A DNA stretch of 60,054 nucleotides from Gemmatimonadales bacterium (lineage in GTDB: Bacteria > Gemmatimonadota > Gemmatimonadetes > Gemmatimonadales > GWC2-71-9), in contig JBBQXQ010000006.1 of the NCBI GenBank assembly GCA_038209515.1, positions 1-60,054 on the forward strand, written 5' to 3'. This document shows positions 1 to 10,875 of this stretch, piece by piece (within the stretch, counting starts at the first letter, position 1; every line of letters starts with the position of its first letter). A program made the position numbers and the translations under genes. Below the pieces are notes generated by a model. The model was given only the letters and a program-made list of their open reading frames with translations. It did no database searches and was not told where the DNA came from.

Positions 1-89
1 CGGCCGGAAAGTCGCCATATAGCTTCTGCAGGCCCTCAACATCGATCACAGGCGGGGTCCCCCGGAATCAGCCGGTGAAACTTTCGGCT

Positions 90-119
90 TTGCCTGAACG
101 TCACTTAGCGAAACATATT
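90..119 (+). promoter_or_regulatory. Putative sigma70-type promoter of the first ORF
   Basis: TTGCCT (90-95), 18 nt, CATATT (114-119), 26 nt upstream of ATG 146. Confidence 0.4.
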
Positions 120-145
120 ACCCGGCGTCCGGGAAGGCGGAATCT

Positions 146-880
146 ATGCGAAACTACTGGGTACGAATCGCCTTCGGGGCATTGGCTATCTTCACGGTCG
201 GCATGATCGGCGTCACCCTCGCCCGGCAGGGGGTCGGCCGGGTGCGCGGTGTGGTCGAGGGATCCGGCCCGATCACATTGCCCATCCCGTTCATCCCGTT
301 CAAGCTCGACGGTCAGAAGCTTGGCACCCTGGACAAGGTTGTGCTTCTGCGCGAGGCGCCCAAGCGCATTTCGGCCGTCGAGCTCCAGATCAAGCTCCAG
401 GATTCAGTGATGGCGCGTGGGCTGGAAGGGTGTCGCCTCGCAGCCAACCTGGACGACCAGCACAATCACCGAGGCGTCAACGTCAAGGTCGGACCCCTCT
501 CGAGCGGCGTGTTCTCCTGCTTCCATGGCAATGATTCCAGCGCTCATCTGCAGGAATTTGGACGTGCCGTCTTCCAGCCCGGGGGCGTGAGCGTGCCGTT
601 GCTGCTGCCGCACGACATCGTGGACGACCTCAAGCGGGGGGACTTCGGTTCTGGGGAGGAAGACTCCATGGCATCTCTCGCGCAAGCCAGGCCCGATTCC
701 ATCGCCGAAGCGGCGGACGCCCGGGCGGACTCCATCACCACGGCGGTTGACGCACGGGCCGACTCCATCGCAGGCCGGAGCGAACGGTTGGTGGACTCGC
801 TGCGAACAGAGGGGGCGCGCCGGGCGGATTCCACTCGCCGGGCGGGGAGCCGCATGGTGGACTCCGCCCGTCGGCGCTAG
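146..880 (+). CDS. Hypothetical membrane-anchored protein; weak MCE/MlaD-like beta domain and C-terminal 11-residue repeats
   Basis: N-terminal hydrophobic helix (WVRIAFGALAIFTVGMIGVTL); FKLDGQKLGTLDKVVL resembles the MCE G-V-x-V-G-x-V motif; D-S recurs every 11 aa in the tail. Confidence 0.75.
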   Translation: MRNYWVRIAFGALAIFTVGMIGVTLARQGVGRVRGVVEGSGPITLPIPFIPFKLDGQKLGTLDKVVLLREAPKRISAVELQIKLQDSVMARGLEGCRLAANLDDQHNHRGVNVKVGPLSSGVFSCFHGNDSSAHLQEFGRAVFQPGGVSVPLLLPHDIVDDLKRGDFGSGEEDSMASLAQARPDSIAEAADARADSITTAVDARADSIAGRSERLVDSLRTEGARRADSTRRAGSRMVDSARRR

Positions 881-888
881 ACTAGGGC

Positions 889-1503
889 ATGCTTCTCGTT
901 CTCGACAACTACGACAGCTTCACCTATAACCTGGTGCAGTACGCGGGCGAGCTCGGGGCAGAGCCGGTCGTCTACCGCAACGATGCGTTGACTCCGGCCG
1001 AGGCCCTCGCGCTCCGGCCGGCAGCCATCATCATCTCCCCCGGTCCCTGCACGCCACGTGAGGCGGGCATCTCGATCCCCCTTGTCAGCGCAGCGGCGGG
1101 AATAATCCCGATCCTCGGCGTGTGCCTCGGGCATCAGGCGATCGGGGAGGCATTTGGTGGACGGGTCGTGCGGGCCGACCGCCTCATGCACGGGAAGACG
1201 ACCCAGGTCGTACACACCGGCCATCCCCTCTTTCAGGAAATCCCCTCGCCGGTGGAGGTCATGCGCTATCACTCCCTCGTGGTCTCGCCGAAGGATCTGC
1301 CCGCCGAGCTGGAGATCACCGCCTGGTCAGAAGACCGTCCCGCAGGGCAGGAAATTATGGCCCTGTGCCACCGGACGCTTCCCGTGTTCGGGGTGCAGTT
1401 CCACCCCGAATCCGTGGCCACCCGCCAGGGAAAACGGCTGCTTGCGAACTTCCTCTCTCTCGCCGCGATCGGCCTTCACGCGGATCAGCCTACGACTGTC
1501 TAA
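889..1503 (+). CDS. trpG: Anthranilate/aminodeoxychorismate synthase component II (class I glutamine amidotransferase, TrpG/PabA)
   Basis: [23 protein letters not shown] nucleophile, RYHSL, QFHPES catalytic triad motif. Confidence 0.93.
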   Translation: MLLVLDNYDSFTYNLVQYAGELGAEPVVYRNDALTPAEALALRPAAIIISPGPCTPREAGISIPLVSAAAGIIPILGVCLGHQAIGEAFGGRVVRADRLMHGKTTQVVHTGHPLFQEIPSPVEVMRYHSLVVSPKDLPAELEITAWSEDRPAGQEIMALCHRTLPVFGVQFHPESVATRQGKRLLANFLSLAAIGLHADQPTTV

Positions 1504-1564
1504 CTCTTTGACGTACAATCTTCTAGCTACCTGCTCCTAACCCTCGGCTCGCGCGGCATAACTT

Positions 1565-1593
1565 TTGACTCGCGACCCGCTCTCTGTTAACTT
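1565..1593 (+). promoter_or_regulatory. Sigma70-type promoter giving a probably leaderless kdsB operon transcript
   Basis: TTGACT (1565-1570), 17 nt, TAACTT (1588-1593), 5 nt, ATG 1599; no SD. Confidence 0.65.
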
Positions 1594-1598
1594 CGGTG

Positions 1599-4008
<2,410 letters not shown>

Positions 4009-4009
<1 letters not shown>

Positions 4010-4809
4010 TGGCGTGGTCCTTCGGGCGCACACCGTTCCTGATCGCCGGGCCCTGTGTCATCGAGCCCGGCGACGTGCTGCCCAGGGTGGCCGAGGTGCT
4101 CGCTCGTCTCGAGCACGACCTCGGCATTCCGGTCTGCCTCAAAGCCAGTTTCGACAAGGCCAACCGAGCCCGGCTTGGCGCCAGCCGCGGCCCGGGAATG
4201 GAAGAGGGGCTTCGTGCGCTGGAGCGGGCGCGTGCCGCCAGCGGCCTGCCGATCCTCACCGACATCCATGACGCTGACCAGGCGGCTCCTGTGGGCGAGG
4301 TGGCCGACGTCCTCCAGATCCCGGCCTTCCTGTGCCGGCAGACTGACCTCCTGGTTGCGGCGGGGCGCACCGGGAGGCCGGTCAACGTCAAGAAGGGGCA
4401 GTGGATGCAGGCCGAAGGCATGCGCGGCGCTGTGGAGAAGGTTCGGAGCGCCGGGGCGCCGGAGGTTGCCGTGACCGAGCGGGGCACCTTCTTCGGGTAC
4501 GGAGATCTTGTGGTGGACATGCGGAATTTTACCCGTTTGCGCGAGGCCACTGGCGCTCCAGTGATCTTCGACGCCACCCACGCCGTACAGCAGCCAGGCC
4601 AGGGAGAGTCCGGAGCCAGCGGCGGCCAGCGGGAGTTCATTCCGCCGCTGCTCGCCGCCGCCGCCGCCGCCGGTGCCGACGGGTTCTTCATTGAGACCCA
4701 TCCCGACCCTTCGCGAGCCCTGAGCGACGCGGCCAGCCAGTGGCCCCTCGACCGGCTGGCCGATCTGGTGGGCCAGACGCTCGACGTGTGGGGCAGGGCG
4801 CGGGTATGA
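4009..4809 (+). CDS. kdsA: KDO-8-phosphate synthase
   Basis: IAGPCVIE, KASFDKANR, QIPAFLCRQTDL, NVKKGQ, ERGTFFGY, FDATHAVQ; the Cys in GPC suggests the metal-dependent class. Confidence 0.96.
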
Positions 4810-5366
4810 GCACCATCGACTCTGCCGCCGCCCGGCGCGTCCGGCTGCTCGGCCTCGACGTGGACGGCGTGCTGACCGACAATGGAGTCTTCATCGGGCC
4901 GGTGGGGGGAGCGCGTGTCGAGCTCAAGCGCTTCGACATTCAGGACGGGCTAGGAATGATTCTTCTCCGGACCGCGGGCCTTCCGGTCGTCTGGCTCAGC
5001 GGTCGAAGCTCCGAAGCGACTGCACTGCGGGCGGCCGAGCTCCGGGTGGCGGAGCTTCTTCAGGTGCCCGGGCCCCGCAAGCTGGCGGCGTTCGATGAGC
5101 TGCTGACGCGGCGCGGGATCGGTTGGGAGGAAGTGGCCTTCATGGGCGACGATCTCGCCGACCTGCCAGTCCTGCGGCGCGTGGGGTTGCCGATCGCCGT
5201 TGCCAATGCGGTAGCCGACGTAAAGGCAGTCGCGGCGTACGTGACCCGGGCGTCGGGTGGGCACGGCGCGGTCCGCGAGGTAATCGAGCTTCTTCTCAGG
5301 GCGCGGGGCGAGTGGGCGGACATTCTCGAGCGCTACTTTGCCGAGCAGGCTGCGGGGGTAGTGTGA
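4806..5366 (+). CDS. kdsC: KDO-8-phosphate phosphatase (HAD family)
   Basis: LDVDGVLTD, FDIQDGLG, FMGDDLAD, GGHGAVRE; start reset to ATG 4806 (ATGA overlap with kdsA stop). Confidence 0.93.
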   Translation: MSTIDSAAARRVRLLGLDVDGVLTDNGVFIGPVGGARVELKRFDIQDGLGMILLRTAGLPVVWLSGRSSEATALRAAELRVAELLQVPGPRKLAAFDELLTRRGIGWEEVAFMGDDLADLPVLRRVGLPIAVANAVADVKAVAAYVTRASGGHGAVREVIELLLRARGEWADILERYFAEQAAGVV

Positions 5367-5905
5367 GGCGATTCGTCTTGTCCGCCCTCTCCGCCCTCTC
5401 CGTTCTTGCATGCGAGGACACCGGGGTACGCCCCACCACGACAGTTCAGGCGTCCGACAGTGCGGATCAGGTGCTGGAAGGGTTCTCCCACTATGTCACT
5501 CATAACGGGATTCTGCGCAGCCGGGTGGAAGCGGACACCGCGTTCTTCTTTGACCCGACCCAAATGAACGAGCTGCACGGCCTGAAGGTTGTGTTCTTCG
5601 ATGTCAAAGGGGCGGAGAGCTCAACCCTGACGGCAAAGCGGGGCACCTACCGCTGGCAGGATGGATCGATGCAGGCCTCGGGCAACGTGGTCGTGGTATC
5701 ACCCGATGGCCGCCGGCTCGCCACGGACGTGCTCAAGTACGACAACGCGACGAACACCATCCTGACCGACCGACACTTTACCTTCGACCGGGGCGAGGAG
5801 CACCTCGAGGGCAATAGCTTCCGCTCCGATCCGGACTTCAAGAATGTCGTGACCGATCGTCCGCGGGGCGTGACAGGCAACGGCATGTTGCTGCCGGGAC
5901 AATGA
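5363..5905 (+). CDS. lptC: LPS export periplasmic protein LptC, probable lipoprotein
   Basis: GTGA overlap with kdsC stop; signal MRRFVLSALSALSVLA-C; beta-jellyroll pattern (LTAKRGTY, ASGNVVVVS, LATDVLKY); position between kdsC and lptA/lptB. Confidence 0.85.
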   Translation: MRRFVLSALSALSVLACEDTGVRPTTTVQASDSADQVLEGFSHYVTHNGILRSRVEADTAFFFDPTQMNELHGLKVVFFDVKGAESSTLTAKRGTYRWQDGSMQASGNVVVVSPDGRRLATDVLKYDNATNTILTDRHFTFDRGEEHLEGNSFRSDPDFKNVVTDRPRGVTGNGMLLPGQ

Positions 5906-7242
5906 GAGGGCAGGGCAGCGGGGCGGCCCTCGCGATTTTTGCCTGGTTCCTCCCGAGCCCGCTAGCCGCCCAGAGCGACCGCTGTGTCTTTCAGATCAAC
6001 AACGTCGATCGGCAGGGCAGCGTGGTCGAGACGCCCCAGGGCACCAACTATTTTGCCGGAGGCAATGTCCGCCTGAGCTGCCGGGGCTCGCAGATCACCA
6101 TGCAGAGCGACAGCGTGGCCGCGTACGGCGGGAACCTGGTCCGATTCATCGGCAATGTGAAATACCGCGACTCGACCCTCACCATGGATGCCGACTACGG
6201 CACCTACTACAAGGCCGGCGAAAAGTGGGAGGCACGGGGGGGCGTCAACACCCGGAACCTTAAGACCGGATCGACCCTCACTGGCCCGGCGCTGGACTAC
6301 TTCCGGGTCGTGAAGGGCGTGCGTGACACGCTGGAGATGTACGCGACGGGCCGGCCCCGCATTCAATACGCCAGCGCCGACTCGAGCGCCCGGGTGACGG
6401 AGCCCTACGTCATCGTCGCCGATCGGGTCCGCTTCAAGGGCAGCGACCGGCTGTGGGCGGGTGGGAAGGTCACGATCGATCGGAGCGACTTCGCCGCCCG
6501 GGGTGACTCCCTCCGGCTCGACACGGGGAAGGGAAGCGACGGCACTCTGACTGGGGGCAATCCGGTGATGCGTGGGCTGGGCCGGGACAGCTTCAGCGTT
6601 GCAGGCCGCAGGCTCGACCTCAAGCTCGACCGTCGGGAAGTAACCTACGTGACGGCCAAGGGCGGGGGACACGCCATCAGCAAGGAGTGGGATTTGGTGG
6701 CCGATACGATCGGCCTCGACCTCAACAATCGGAAACTGGAGCAAACGCTGGCATGGGGCGATTCAACCCGCCCCTATGCCAACTCCCCGTCGTACGCCAT
6801 GCGAGCCGATTCTCTGGCGCTGGACACGCCGGCGCAGCAGCTCAAGGAGGTACGCGGATTCGGAACCGCCTGGCTCGGTGGGACGATCGACGCGGCCAGC
6901 AAGCAGCGCGACTGGATGCGAGGCGATACCGTGGTCGCCCAGTTCGTGCAACGAGATTCCGCCGGCACCCGCCGCTCGGCCTTGAGCCGCATCGTGGCCC
7001 GGAAAGGCGCGCAGTCGTATCACATCGACCCGAGCACGAAGTATCCGGACCGGCCATCGATCAACTATGCCCGGGGCGACGTGATTGTCATGACGATGAA
7101 AACGGGCGTGCGCACCGGAGTGGACCGGGTCGACATCCGAGGACAAGTCGACGGAATCCAGCTCGAGGCGTCGGACGCGAAGGCGGTGGATTCGACCAAG
7201 GCTCCCCCCGACTCGCTCTCGCGGCCACGAGGTACCCGGTGA
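5902..7242 (+). CDS. Long OstA/LptA-like beta-jellyroll periplasmic protein (446 aa)
   Basis: Signal peptide ending LAA-Q; repeated GNVxL/GNVKY/GKVTI and (A/S/G)DS turns typical of OstA folds; occupies the lptA slot between lptC and lptB. Confidence 0.75.
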   Translation: MRGQGSGAALAIFAWFLPSPLAAQSDRCVFQINNVDRQGSVVETPQGTNYFAGGNVRLSCRGSQITMQSDSVAAYGGNLVRFIGNVKYRDSTLTMDADYGTYYKAGEKWEARGGVNTRNLKTGSTLTGPALDYFRVVKGVRDTLEMYATGRPRIQYASADSSARVTEPYVIVADRVRFKGSDRLWAGGKVTIDRSDFAARGDSLRLDTGKGSDGTLTGGNPVMRGLGRDSFSVAGRRLDLKLDRREVTYVTAKGGGHAISKEWDLVADTIGLDLNNRKLEQTLAWGDSTRPYANSPSYAMRADSLALDTPAQQLKEVRGFGTAWLGGTIDAASKQRDWMRGDTVVAQFVQRDSAGTRRSALSRIVARKGAQSYHIDPSTKYPDRPSINYARGDVIVMTMKTGVRTGVDRVDIRGQVDGIQLEASDAKAVDSTKAPPDSLSRPRGTR

Positions 7243-8402
7243 CGGCGCCTGCCGCTCCCGAATGGGTTGCCGCGCTCGGCGATCGGGACCCTTCGGTGCC
7301 CATCGCGTTGGCGGCCATCGTCCGCGCTGCCGGTCCGTCGGACAGCATCGCATTCTCGGATCTGGTGCTGGGCTACCGTGAGGCCTACCTCGCCTGCTAC
7401 CAGGGCGACGACGATCAGGAAATCTCCGGTGACGACGTGCGCGGCTACCTGACGCAGTCCGTACTCCCGCGGCTGACGACCGAGGGATGGATCCTCGACA
7501 CAGCCCCGGGTTATTGGCAGACCGTAAAGCCCAGGGTGGCCTGGTGGGGACCGGGCAAAGAGGAGCGACAGACCGTCTACGATGCCTTGCTCGGCTCGGC
7601 CCGCCGGGCGGTGCTGCGGGCCAAGTCGTTCACCCGCCGCCGCACCAAGGCCAGCCTGCTGGAAGGGCTGGAGCTCTCGAAGAGCTTCAAGGGGCGCACC
7701 GTGGTAGACCAGGTGAGCGTCCGGGTCGAGCAGGGGGAAATCGTCGGGCTCCTCGGGCCCAATGGGGCGGGAAAGACCACGACCTTCTACCTTATTACGG
7801 GCCTCATCCGCCCCGACAAGGGGCGGGTACTGCTGGACGGGCACGAGTTGACCGATGCGCCCATGTATCAGCGGGCGCGCAGCGGCATCGGCTACCTCGC
7901 GCAGGAGCCGTCCATCTTCCGAAGGATGACCGTCGAGGAGAACATTCTGGCGATCCTGGAAACCCGGCCCCTCGGCCGGGAGGAACGGCACCGCCAACTG
8001 GATCGCATGCTGGACGAGCTGTCGATCAAGCACCTGCGGAAGAACAAGGCCTACTCGCTGAGCGGAGGCGAGCGCCGGCGTCTGGAGATCACTCGCGCGC
8101 TCGTATCGGACCCGAAGTTCATGCTGCTGGATGAGCCGTTCGCCGGCGTCGACCCGATCGCCGTGCACGATATCCAGACCATAGTCGCCGGCCTGCGGCA
8201 CCGGGGCATCGGCGTGCTGATTACTGACCATAACGTGGAGCAAACCCTCGACATCGTGGATCGGGCTTACATCATGTTCGAAGGCAAAGTGCAGGCCGCC
8301 GGCACAGTGCGCGATCTGGTGTACGACGACCGGGTCGCCCAGCTCTATCTCGGACCCACGTTGACCGCGCGACTTCGCGCCCGGCTCGAGGCAGTGGCAT
8401 GA
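7239..8402 (+). CDS. lptB: LPS export ABC transporter ATPase with an extra N-terminal domain of about 140 aa
   Basis: GPNGAGKTT, YLAQEPSIFR, LSGGERRRLE, LLDEPFAGVDP, ITDHNV; upstream of rpoN; GTG 7239 overlaps the previous stop (GTGA). Confidence 0.92.
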   Translation: MTAPAAPEWVAALGDRDPSVPIALAAIVRAAGPSDSIAFSDLVLGYREAYLACYQGDDDQEISGDDVRGYLTQSVLPRLTTEGWILDTAPGYWQTVKPRVAWWGPGKEERQTVYDALLGSARRAVLRAKSFTRRRTKASLLEGLELSKSFKGRTVVDQVSVRVEQGEIVGLLGPNGAGKTTTFYLITGLIRPDKGRVLLDGHELTDAPMYQRARSGIGYLAQEPSIFRRMTVEENILAILETRPLGREERHRQLDRMLDELSIKHLRKNKAYSLSGGERRRLEITRALVSDPKFMLLDEPFAGVDPIAVHDIQTIVAGLRHRGIGVLITDHNVEQTLDIVDRAYIMFEGKVQAAGTVRDLVYDDRVAQLYLGPTLTARLRARLEAVA

Positions 8403-9919
8403 GGACTGGTCTCTCCCAGCATACCAGCCTCCGGCAGGAGCTTCGGGTCAATCCGCGGCTGTACCAGGCCATGGACATGCTTTACATGCCCATGATGGAC
8501 CTGCAGCAGCACCTCAAGCAGGAGCTGCTGGCCAACCCGTTCCTCGAGCTGCTCGAGCCGGAAGAAGAGACGGCAGAGCCGCTCACGGCCGAGCAGGAGA
8601 AGCAGCAGGAGAAGCAGAAGGAGAAGCAGGACGAGGTCGACTGGGAGGAGATCCTGCTCAACGGCTTCGAGGTGGGAGGCACCCGGGAGCAGTACGAGCA
8701 ACTCGAGTACAACGAGCCGGTCACCGTCGAGACCCGGAATCTGATCGATCACCTCCGGGAGCAGCTCCAGATGCTGACCCTCACTCCCCGGCAGCTGCTG
8801 CTCGCCGAAGAGTTTCTGGGCAATATCAACGAGGAGGGCTACCTCGCCGCCTCGCTCGAGGAGATCCTCGGCTCGGTGAATCAGCTCATGGCGGGGCATG
8901 TTCAAGGGGACGGAGAAGAGGGAGAAGACGGAGAGGTTGACGACTTCGACGCCTCGGCACCTACTGTCACGGGGACCTCTCCGTCCTCTCCGCCCTTTTA
9001 CACCATACAAGACGGCGAGGAGATGCTCACCGTCATCCAGCGTCTGGATCCCTCCGGCATCGGTGCGCGGGACCTCCGGGAATGCTTGCTCATCCAGCTG
9101 GTCGAGCTGGCCGATACGGCCTCGCTCACCTACCGGTTGGTGTCGGAGGCCTTCCCCGATCTCATCGCCCATCGCTGGAACGACCTGGCCAAGCGCTTCG
9201 GGGTCGAGCCGGTGGCGGTGCAGGCCGCGGCCGACCAGCTCTCCCGGCTCGATCCCAAGCCCGGTCTCCGCTATTCCGAGCAGACCGACGGCTACATCAT
9301 CCCTGACCTGATCGTGGAAAAGATCGGCGTGCGTTACCACGTCTTTCTGAACGACACCGGGATGCCTCGGCTACGCCTGAGCCGCTCGTATCAGGAGATT
9401 GCGCGGGACAAGAAGAAGATGACGCCGGAGAACCGCGAGTTCATTGCCTCCAAGATGAACAGCGCGAACTGGATGATTCAGGCGATCGAGCAGCGGCGGC
9501 AGACCATGCTGAAGGTGATGAACTTCATCGTCGACCGGCAGCGTGACTTCTTCGAGAAGGGCATCGAGTACCTCAAGCCACTCACCCTTCGCGAAGTGGC
9601 CGAAGTGATCAACATGCACGAGTCCACCGTCAGCCGGGTGACCAACGAGAAATACGTCCAGACCCCGCGCGGGGTGCTCCCGCTCAAGTTCTTCTTCTCC
9701 AGCGCGCTCTCGACTTCATCCGGCGAGGACGCAAGCGCCCGCTCCATCCGGGCCAAGCTGGAGAAGATGGTCGGCGAGGAGAACAGCGCGAAGCCGCTCA
9801 CCGACCAGCAGATCGTCCACCTCTTCCAGGAGCAAGGGATCCAGATCGCCCGCCGCACGGTCGCCAAGTACCGCGATCAGCTCGGCATCCTTCCGGCCCG
9901 AATGCGGAAACGGGTATGA
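8399..9919 (+). CDS. rpoN: RNA polymerase sigma-54 factor
   Basis: Gln/Leu-rich region I, NPFLE, GIGARDLRECL, HESTVSRVT, RpoN box ARRTVAKYR. Confidence 0.98.
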   Translation: MRTGLSQHTSLRQELRVNPRLYQAMDMLYMPMMDLQQHLKQELLANPFLELLEPEEETAEPLTAEQEKQQEKQKEKQDEVDWEEILLNGFEVGGTREQYEQLEYNEPVTVETRNLIDHLREQLQMLTLTPRQLLLAEEFLGNINEEGYLAASLEEILGSVNQLMAGHVQGDGEEGEDGEVDDFDASAPTVTGTSPSSPPFYTIQDGEEMLTVIQRLDPSGIGARDLRECLLIQLVELADTASLTYRLVSEAFPDLIAHRWNDLAKRFGVEPVAVQAAADQLSRLDPKPGLRYSEQTDGYIIPDLIVEKIGVRYHVFLNDTGMPRLRLSRSYQEIARDKKKMTPENREFIASKMNSANWMIQAIEQRRQTMLKVMNFIVDRQRDFFEKGIEYLKPLTLREVAEVINMHESTVSRVTNEKYVQTPRGVLPLKFFFSSALSTSSGEDASARSIRAKLEKMVGEENSAKPLTDQQIVHLFQEQGIQIARRTVAKYRDQLGILPARMRKRV

Positions 9920-10872
9920 CCGTGGCTCCGGTCGAGACGCTGGATGTGAGCGTACTCGTCCCGGCCAAGGACGAGGCGGAAAATCTCCCGGAGTTCCTCC
10001 AGCGTTGCGCGCAGGCGCTCGGCCCTGCCGGATTTTCCTTCGAAGTGATCGTCGTCAATGATGGCTCGCGGGACGGCACCGATCGGGTGCTCCGGGAGCT
10101 GGGGCGGCAGTATCCCTTCCTGGCGGTCGTCACCCACCGCCGCCAGCGCGGGATCGCCGATTCGCTGCGGTCTGCGGGCGACGTAGCTCGTGGGGATGTC
10201 TTCGTCTTTTACCCTGCCGACCTCCAGTACCTGCCGGAGGATATTCCCGGCCTGGTCGCCCCTATCCTGCAGGGTCGGGCCGACATCGTCACCGGCACCA
10301 AACAGGGCAAGTATGAGAAGGCCTTCGTCTCGAGTGTCTACAACGGCCTGTCACGCTGGTTGTTCGGCGTGCGGGTGACGGACCTGAATTCGGTCAAGGC
10401 CTACCGCCGTGAGGTCATGCTCGGCGTCCCGCTGCGTCCCGACTGGCATCGCTACATGGTGGTGATCGCGGCCGCGGACGGGTATCGCCTTACCTCCCTA
10501 CCCGTTCCTCTCTATCCCCGCCGGGCCGGTACCTCGAAGTTCAACTGGAAACGCATACCGATCGGACTGTTTGACCTGATCTCGGTCTGGTTCCAGCTTC
10601 GGTTCGGTCGCAAGCCAATGCTTTTCTTCGGCGTCGGTGGCGCCATTCTCTTCGTCATCGGTTTCCTCGCCGGCATTGCCGCTCTGGTGCTGCGTTTTGG
10701 CTATGGCATCGGCCTCCGCCCATTGTTGAATCTGGTCGAGATGATGGTGATCAGCGGAATTGTCCTGTTCGGATTCGGCTTTCTGGGCGAGATCATCGCC
10801 GGGATGCGGGAGGAGACCCGCGAGATCGCCCGAGATCTGGCCCGGCTCGAGAAGCCCGACGTCAGGGATTGA
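9916..10872 (+). CDS. GT2 glycosyltransferase with two C-terminal TM helices (ArnC/GtrB-like polyprenyl-phosphate glycosyltransferase)
   Basis: VLVPAKDEAENL, VVNDGSRDGT, ADLQY, RRAGTSK, C-terminal hydrophobic pair ending GFLGEII. Confidence 0.88.
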   Translation: MTVAPVETLDVSVLVPAKDEAENLPEFLQRCAQALGPAGFSFEVIVVNDGSRDGTDRVLRELGRQYPFLAVVTHRRQRGIADSLRSAGDVARGDVFVFYPADLQYLPEDIPGLVAPILQGRADIVTGTKQGKYEKAFVSSVYNGLSRWLFGVRVTDLNSVKAYRREVMLGVPLRPDWHRYMVVIAAADGYRLTSLPVPLYPRRAGTSKFNWKRIPIGLFDLISVWFQLRFGRKPMLFFGVGGAILFVIGFLAGIAALVLRFGYGIGLRPLLNLVEMMVISGIVLFGFGFLGEIIAGMREETREIARDLARLEKPDVRD

Positions 10873-10875
10873 TCG

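Noticed and set aside
6687-7238. Longer 5' extensions in the ORF track (lptB from 6687, lptC 5123, uvrC 35126, bshC 38796, lolD 55631, pcm 20242, DUF374 42755, phhA 30282)
   Set aside because: They overlap real upstream genes in another frame and read as Arg/Pro/Gly-rich noise; coupled starts fit better
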